A stretch of DNA of 51,342 nt. Origin: a virus. Taxonomy: Duplodnaviria; Caudoviricetes. Below are positions 46,790 to 51,342 of the stretch, one piece after another. The notes under the pieces are model-generated. The model saw only the letters and a program-made list of their open reading frames with translations. It was not told the DNA's origin and searched no databases. The position numbers were made by a program, and so were the translations under genes. Location: positions 1-51,342 of IMG/VR virus record IMGVR_UViG_3300037467_000112, one strand, 5' to 3'. Position 1 is the first letter of the stretch. Each line of letters begins with the position of its first letter.

Positions 46790-47035
46790 TTAATTCCACC
46801 AAACACGAATGCCGTGGTTGATCGGGTTTCTTAACCAGAGAACAACCTCAAGGTCTGCAACCGACAGTTTATCTGAGGGTGGGGCTAACCACGCTGCTCC
46901 TTCGAGGTCTGCAACTGACAGACTATCTGAGGGTGGGGCTAACCACGCTGCTCCTTCGAGGTCTGCAACTGATAGACTATCTGAGGGTGGGGTTAGCCAC
47001 GCAGCACCCTCAAGTTTAGATACATCAGTAGACAT
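46790..47035 (-). CDS. Small protein built from 18-aa repeats
   Basis: LEGAAWL.PPSD.LSVAD repeated three times. Confidence 0.65.
   Translation of the reverse strand: MSTDVSKLEGAAWLTPPSDSLSVADLEGAAWLAPPSDSLSVADLEGAAWLAPPSDKLSVADLEVVLWLRNPINHGIRVWWN
46848..47014. repeat. 54-bp tandem repeat, about 3 copies
   Basis: AGGTCTGCAA recurs at 46851, 46905 and 46959. Confidence 0.9.
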
Positions 47036-48024
47036 TAAACCGCCTGCACGCCCTTTTCAGCGTTATTGAACGTAGTTGCGGTCCAGCGACTGCCCGTAGC
47101 CGGGTCGGTTGTCCAGTTACGTGAGCGCGGCTCAAAACCACTGTTCAGGCCAAGCGCTGAGCTTAGATAGTTGGTTCCAGACGACCTAACAACAAACTTA
47201 CCGTCTGTCGGTCCTGCACCGTTTATGCGACCCCGCCCGTTGATCACCATAGAGTCTATGACCATGCTGCCGGGCACAGTAATTGCACCATGAGTGTAGG
47301 TTTCAACATCACCGCTGTTTGCAAACGAGATAAAATCAGTCTCGTCAAGAACGGTTTCGTCAATTTCAGTAAATCCGCCCGTAGCGCCTGTGTTAGTTAC
47401 ACTATTACCAGTCATTAGTTTGGGAACTAAACGACTGTCGCGAGTGTCAAAGTTAGCTCCAAGAATCTGTGAATAGTAGACACCACTACCGCCGAACCCC
47501 CTCAAACGTACTTTAGCGATATTGTTGACAGCAGCATTCAGACCTGCACCAGCAGACGATGATACGAGAGTTCCGGCTAGGTATAGTTCGAACCCACCGG
47601 CCGCACCACACACGATTTTCACATCAATACGTGTCCGCCCACTGTTGGTCGGCCCCGCTGGAGTTGCCCCTTGGTTCACGAATGCTGACCCATTCCAATA
47701 GGAAAACTGCATGGTGTTGGAGTTGGCTGAAATTCTAGCAACCTCTGTTCCAGTAGAATTGTAGAAACTTAGCCACGGCAATCCGGTGTTGAACGATGAG
47801 GAGCTATTGTAGAAATCAAAATGTATCCAGAACGTCGTCGTGGACGCTGCATCCATAAATGCAGGCGTCTCGATGTAATCGGTCGTAGTAAGAACCACAA
47901 TGCTGTTTGATACAAAGGTGTTGTCAAAAGAACCGGCTGTGGTTTGACCGTCAAGCACGTTTAGAGTACCGCTTCGAAAAGCACCGGCCAAAGTATTAAA
48001 GGCAAAATAGCGTTCAGCGGCCAT
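47035..48024 (-). CDS. Putative tail/virion protein (beta-sandwich or lectin-like)
   Basis: 329 aa rich in Thr/Ser/Gly/Asn; located among fibre genes. Confidence 0.6.
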   Translation of the reverse strand: MAAERYFAFNTLAGAFRSGTLNVLDGQTTAGSFDNTFVSNSIVVLTTTDYIETPAFMDAASTTTFWIHFDFYNSSSSFNTGLPWLSFYNSTGTEVARISANSNTMQFSYWNGSAFVNQGATPAGPTNSGRTRIDVKIVCGAAGGFELYLAGTLVSSSAGAGLNAAVNNIAKVRLRGFGGSGVYYSQILGANFDTRDSRLVPKLMTGNSVTNTGATGGFTEIDETVLDETDFISFANSGDVETYTHGAITVPGSMVIDSMVINGRGRINGAGPTDGKFVVRSSGTNYLSSALGLNSGFEPRSRNWTTDPATGSRWTATTFNNAEKGVQAV

Positions 48025-48026
48025 TA

Positions 48027-48983
48027 TTAACGAGTCCCATAAAAAGTAAACGACAGACCAGCAATACCATTTAGGTTGCTCGGGCTGACTACCTGAAAGC
48101 GGTTACCGACAGCAAAAGCAACGGGCGAAGTGAAGGTAAAGGTTACGACACCTCCAGTGCTGATTGAAGCGGAGCCGATTGACACGCCTTCCTTTTGAAG
48201 AGTAAGAACGGTGGTTGAACTTGGGTTGGTTGTCATTTTGATCGTGCTGTTGGTCAGACCAGCCGGTAAAGTAAACGCATACGGGGCCGGGGCTTCGAAG
48301 ATGGTTGCACTGGTCGGAATCACAGCCGAGGTGTCCCAGAAAGCCCCAAAAGCACAATCAGCAGTTCCAGGCGGTCCGGTTGGTCCGGTTGGCCCTGTAG
48401 CGCCCGTGGCACCACTATTTCCTGCTGGCCCTGCTGGACCAGTAGCTCCCGCGGGTCCGGTGTCGCCAGGAGGCCCCTGAAGACCACTGACCATAACGAT
48501 CCAAGAACTGTAAGAGCCGGTTCCAGATAGGGCTGACACCAAAACCTGAAGTACACCAGTGTCCCGGCTGTACGACAAACACTGGCCCCACATCCAGTTG
48601 GAGATGGGATTCATCGTGTTTGCAATCAGAATGAACTGGCCGACTTGAAACTGTTTAAGAGTCTCCACAACAAGAGTCTGGGTGCCAAGCCCGATGGTCA
48701 AAGACGTCGTCGAGCTGGAAGACAGAATAGTCGTCAGACTAACATTGATAATGTCTCGAACATCAACCAGACGAACAGCATCAGTGCTGGCTACCGGAGT
48801 GGCCAGATTGATGATCCGGTGGCTGTTCATGTCAAGGTTGGCCTCCATCGCGTTTGGAGCCGTGCCGTCCCGCGACAGGGTGTTCTCGAAAGCCGTCTGA
48901 ATGTTAGTTAAGTTGGCATTGATTGTCGCAGCGGGGCTTGGGTCGAGTCCCCCTGAGACGGGGGACACAGTGAGTTTTGACAT
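48027..48983 (-). CDS. Tail fibre protein with a collagen-like segment
   Basis: N-terminal anchor shared with 48988-51117; about 13 Gly-X-Y triplets. Confidence 0.8.
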   Translation of the reverse strand: MSKLTVSPVSGGLDPSPAATINANLTNIQTAFENTLSRDGTAPNAMEANLDMNSHRIINLATPVASTDAVRLVDVRDIINVSLTTILSSSSTTSLTIGLGTQTLVVETLKQFQVGQFILIANTMNPISNWMWGQCLSYSRDTGVLQVLVSALSGTGSYSSWIVMVSGLQGPPGDTGPAGATGPAGPAGNSGATGATGPTGPTGPPGTADCAFGAFWDTSAVIPTSATIFEAPAPYAFTLPAGLTNSTIKMTTNPSSTTVLTLQKEGVSIGSASISTGGVVTFTFTSPVAFAVGNRFQVVSPSNLNGIAGLSFTFYGTR

Positions 48984-48987
48984 TGGA

Positions 48988-51117
48988 TTAGTTTATTAAG
49001 CCGTGGGTTCGACACATATCTTCCAGAGCCTTGATCCGTTGGCTAGCGCTCTGCAGGGCGGTCATGACCGACTGAAGCTCTGCTTGGACGTACGAACCTG
49101 AGGCCGTACCAGCCGTATAGGTGGCGTAAGCAGTTTTGAGGGCCGTACCGGTAGCAGCCGTCCAGCCAGTGTCACGAGCACCAAGGACCTTGGTTCCGTT
49201 GACGTTGTACTGAGTCTTGGCGTCCCAGGTGTAGCTGTAGCCGTCCTTGAAACGCAGAGCCGACGTACCGAAGTCAGTAGCGTTGTCCAGAGAAGGAGCA
49301 ACCCTGGCTGCGATAGCAGTCAAAAAAGCCGTGCCCGTGACTGCCCAGCTATGGCCACCAGAGCCCGCATTGTACGAGATACTGCCCGTACTGGAGCCGT
49401 GACCAAGAAAGACACTGTCTGAGCCTTGAGCCAGACTAAGAATAGTCAGGTCAGCACTGTTGGCGTTATTGCGAGCTTTGTAACCGGCGAAGCCGTTCGC
49501 CACGTTAAAGGTGTAACCGTAGCTGTCCTTGAACCGAAGCGTGTTGCTGCCAAGATCGGTGGTGTTGTCAGTGGACGGTGCCACTCTCGCCGCCAGTGCC
49601 GTCAAGAAACCCGTACCAGCAATCGACCACGTATGACCACCAGTTCCTGCGTTGTACGCGATATTGCCTGTACCTGAGCCGTGGCCGAAGAAAACGCTAT
49701 CAGATGACTGTGCCAATCCGATAACCGCTAGATCAGCAGTGTTGGCGTTGTTTCGAACGTTGTAGGCCCCGAAGCCGTTGCGGGCCATGAACGGCCAGTT
49801 ACAACGCAAGCCGACGCCACTTTCGTACGACAACTGAACTGGTTGTGCAGCAACAGCATACTGCATAATCGGGAAGCCACCGGCCGAGACCTGACGAGCC
49901 ACGTAGTTGTTGGCGTTGCCGTTATTGACGAAGGTAACGCCAGTGGTGATGTTGCTGTCGTCAACCGAACTCAGAGACGTGCCACCAGCGAAAGTAAAGG
50001 TAAGACCAACAGACCCAAACTGGTTGGCGGTGAATACCGCGCTTGACTGCTCGACCGTAATGTCGCCGAGGATACGGCTCTGAGAGGTCATGCCGCCGTT
50101 ACAGCCAGCAACAGCCCCGCCGGGAGTCAGTGAGTTCTTGATGTATAGCTTGCCGAACTGATTGCCCCCGGTAATGGCATGGGAGCCGGTGTCGAGAAGC
50201 ATAATACCGCCGGTCGCCTGAGACGTATAGACGCCCTCCAGGCGGTGATAAAGGGTTGCAGTACCAGACTTGCCAACCTCAATGTCGTAGCCAGCAGATG
50301 TGGTGTCGGTGGTGTTCCAACTGTACGTAGTGCCGATAACGTAAACTTTGTCTGACTGAGCCTTGAGGGCTCGTCCAGCAGCCGACATTGAACCACACCA
50401 GTGAAACGTGGGGCGGTTACCAGTCGTTACAATGTTGTCGCCGGTGTACGGAGCTTGACCCCGAAACACAACAAACTTCGCAAGGAAGTCGTCACCAGTC
50501 GACGTAAGGATGGGGCCGTTGGCATTCTTGATAATGTTGGCTACGCCAGCCGACGAAAAGAGAGCCCGCTGGTTGGTCGAGTGGGTCAGGTTGTTGGCGT
50601 AGAAGGTCAGGCCCTGCAGGTCAACATTCTTACCGCTGTTGAGGGCAGCTTGAAGCCAAGCCGAGGCATCGTTAGTGTAGGTGCCCGCAAGCACGGCTGC
50701 ACGGTTCGGCTCGGGAATGTAATCAATAATGGACACCCAAGCGCCCCGGATAACGAGGGCAGCACTGGTGGCAGCAGACTGAGCGCTACTGGCAGCGCTA
50801 GAAGCAGAAGTCGCAGCATTCAGTTCCGACGTATGAGCAGCAGTAGCACTGGCAGCAGCGGCGGTAGCGTTAGACTGAACGTCAGCCTGAATGACGTCTA
50901 GGTAGCCCTTAGTGGCCGCATCAGTGGCCGCAGTGGGGGTACCGACGTTAATGATTCGATTGGACCCCATGTCAAGGTTGGCCCCCATAGCATTAGGGGC
51001 AGACCCATCACGACTAATAGTGTTATCGAAGGCAGCTTCAATGGCGTCAAAGTTAGCGTTCAGCTTGTTGACCGACGCATAGTCCGACGTTAAGTCCGAC
51101 AAAGAAAGTTTAGACAA
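48988..51117 (-). CDS. Tail fibre/tailspike (receptor-binding protein)
   Basis: N-terminal anchor, Ala/Ser-rich linker, beta-helix-like body, internal duplication of about 94 aa, C-terminal coiled coil ending HGLI. Confidence 0.85.
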   Translation of the reverse strand: MSKLSLSDLTSDYASVNKLNANFDAIEAAFDNTISRDGSAPNAMGANLDMGSNRIINVGTPTAATDAATKGYLDVIQADVQSNATAAAASATAAHTSELNAATSASSAASSAQSAATSAALVIRGAWVSIIDYIPEPNRAAVLAGTYTNDASAWLQAALNSGKNVDLQGLTFYANNLTHSTNQRALFSSAGVANIIKNANGPILTSTGDDFLAKFVVFRGQAPYTGDNIVTTGNRPTFHWCGSMSAAGRALKAQSDKVYVIGTTYSWNTTDTTSAGYDIEVGKSGTATLYHRLEGVYTSQATGGIMLLDTGSHAITGGNQFGKLYIKNSLTPGGAVAGCNGGMTSQSRILGDITVEQSSAVFTANQFGSVGLTFTFAGGTSLSSVDDSNITTGVTFVNNGNANNYVARQVSAGGFPIMQYAVAAQPVQLSYESGVGLRCNWPFMARNGFGAYNVRNNANTADLAVIGLAQSSDSVFFGHGSGTGNIAYNAGTGGHTWSIAGTGFLTALAARVAPSTDNTTDLGSNTLRFKDSYGYTFNVANGFAGYKARNNANSADLTILSLAQGSDSVFLGHGSSTGSISYNAGSGGHSWAVTGTAFLTAIAARVAPSLDNATDFGTSALRFKDGYSYTWDAKTQYNVNGTKVLGARDTGWTAATGTALKTAYATYTAGTASGSYVQAELQSVMTALQSASQRIKALEDMCRTHGLIN

Positions 51118-51215
51118 AAATCAAATCCTTTTTCAAAAGATGTATAGATGTCTATAGCGCCGCTAGGGTAGCGATGCCAGGCTGAACATCGAGACAAGGA
51201 GAAGAATGAATAAAG

Positions 51216-51342
51216 ACAATAAAAGAAGGGAAGACAAAATGTCTTAACGTCTTGAATAGTAAACAGCGAGACTAACTAACTGTGAAATGGTAACAGTTAA
51301 AGTTGTGCAACGCTAACTGCGTTAGCTACCAAGAGAGTAACC
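51216..51342. repeat. Terminal direct repeat, copy 2
   Basis: Identical to 1-127. Confidence 0.95.

Noticed and set aside
46848-47014. 54-bp repeats as a CRISPR array
   Set aside because: The units are contiguous with no unique spacers, keep the reading frame and encode a peptide repeat

Overview
This window is a complete podovirus genome of about 51.2 kb. The first 127 nt are repeated exactly at the end, most likely as a circular-assembly overlap. The layout resembles the Zobellviridae (SIO1/PA11/CVT22-type) and has two converging arms that meet at a bidirectional terminator near 26.65 kb. The + arm carries early genes, a phiEco32-type peptide-ligase/amidotransferase cluster, ThyX, a T7-like primase-helicase, a family A DNA polymerase, SSB, nucleases and a class II ribonucleotide reductase. 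The - arm carries tail fibres, terminase, portal, scaffold, capsid, tail, internal virion proteins and lysis genes. I found no RNA polymerase, integrase, tRNA or CRISPR array, and several near-consensus sigma70 promoters are visible. The most unusual part is the RNA-rich early region (0.9-5.9 kb). It holds two intact type II hammerhead ribozymes bracketing one gene, which could release a circularisable 390-nt mRNA. It also holds two large, base-paired non-coding domains (about 535 nt and 300-370 nt) that share sequence blocks and the same RBS-proximal motif. One of these resembles a variant c-di-AMP (ydaO) riboswitch. A palindromic operator/iteron array and a dispersed 13-bp motif lie in the same region. 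All calls come from reading the sequence by eye and from recalled family motifs; no searches or folding programs were run.
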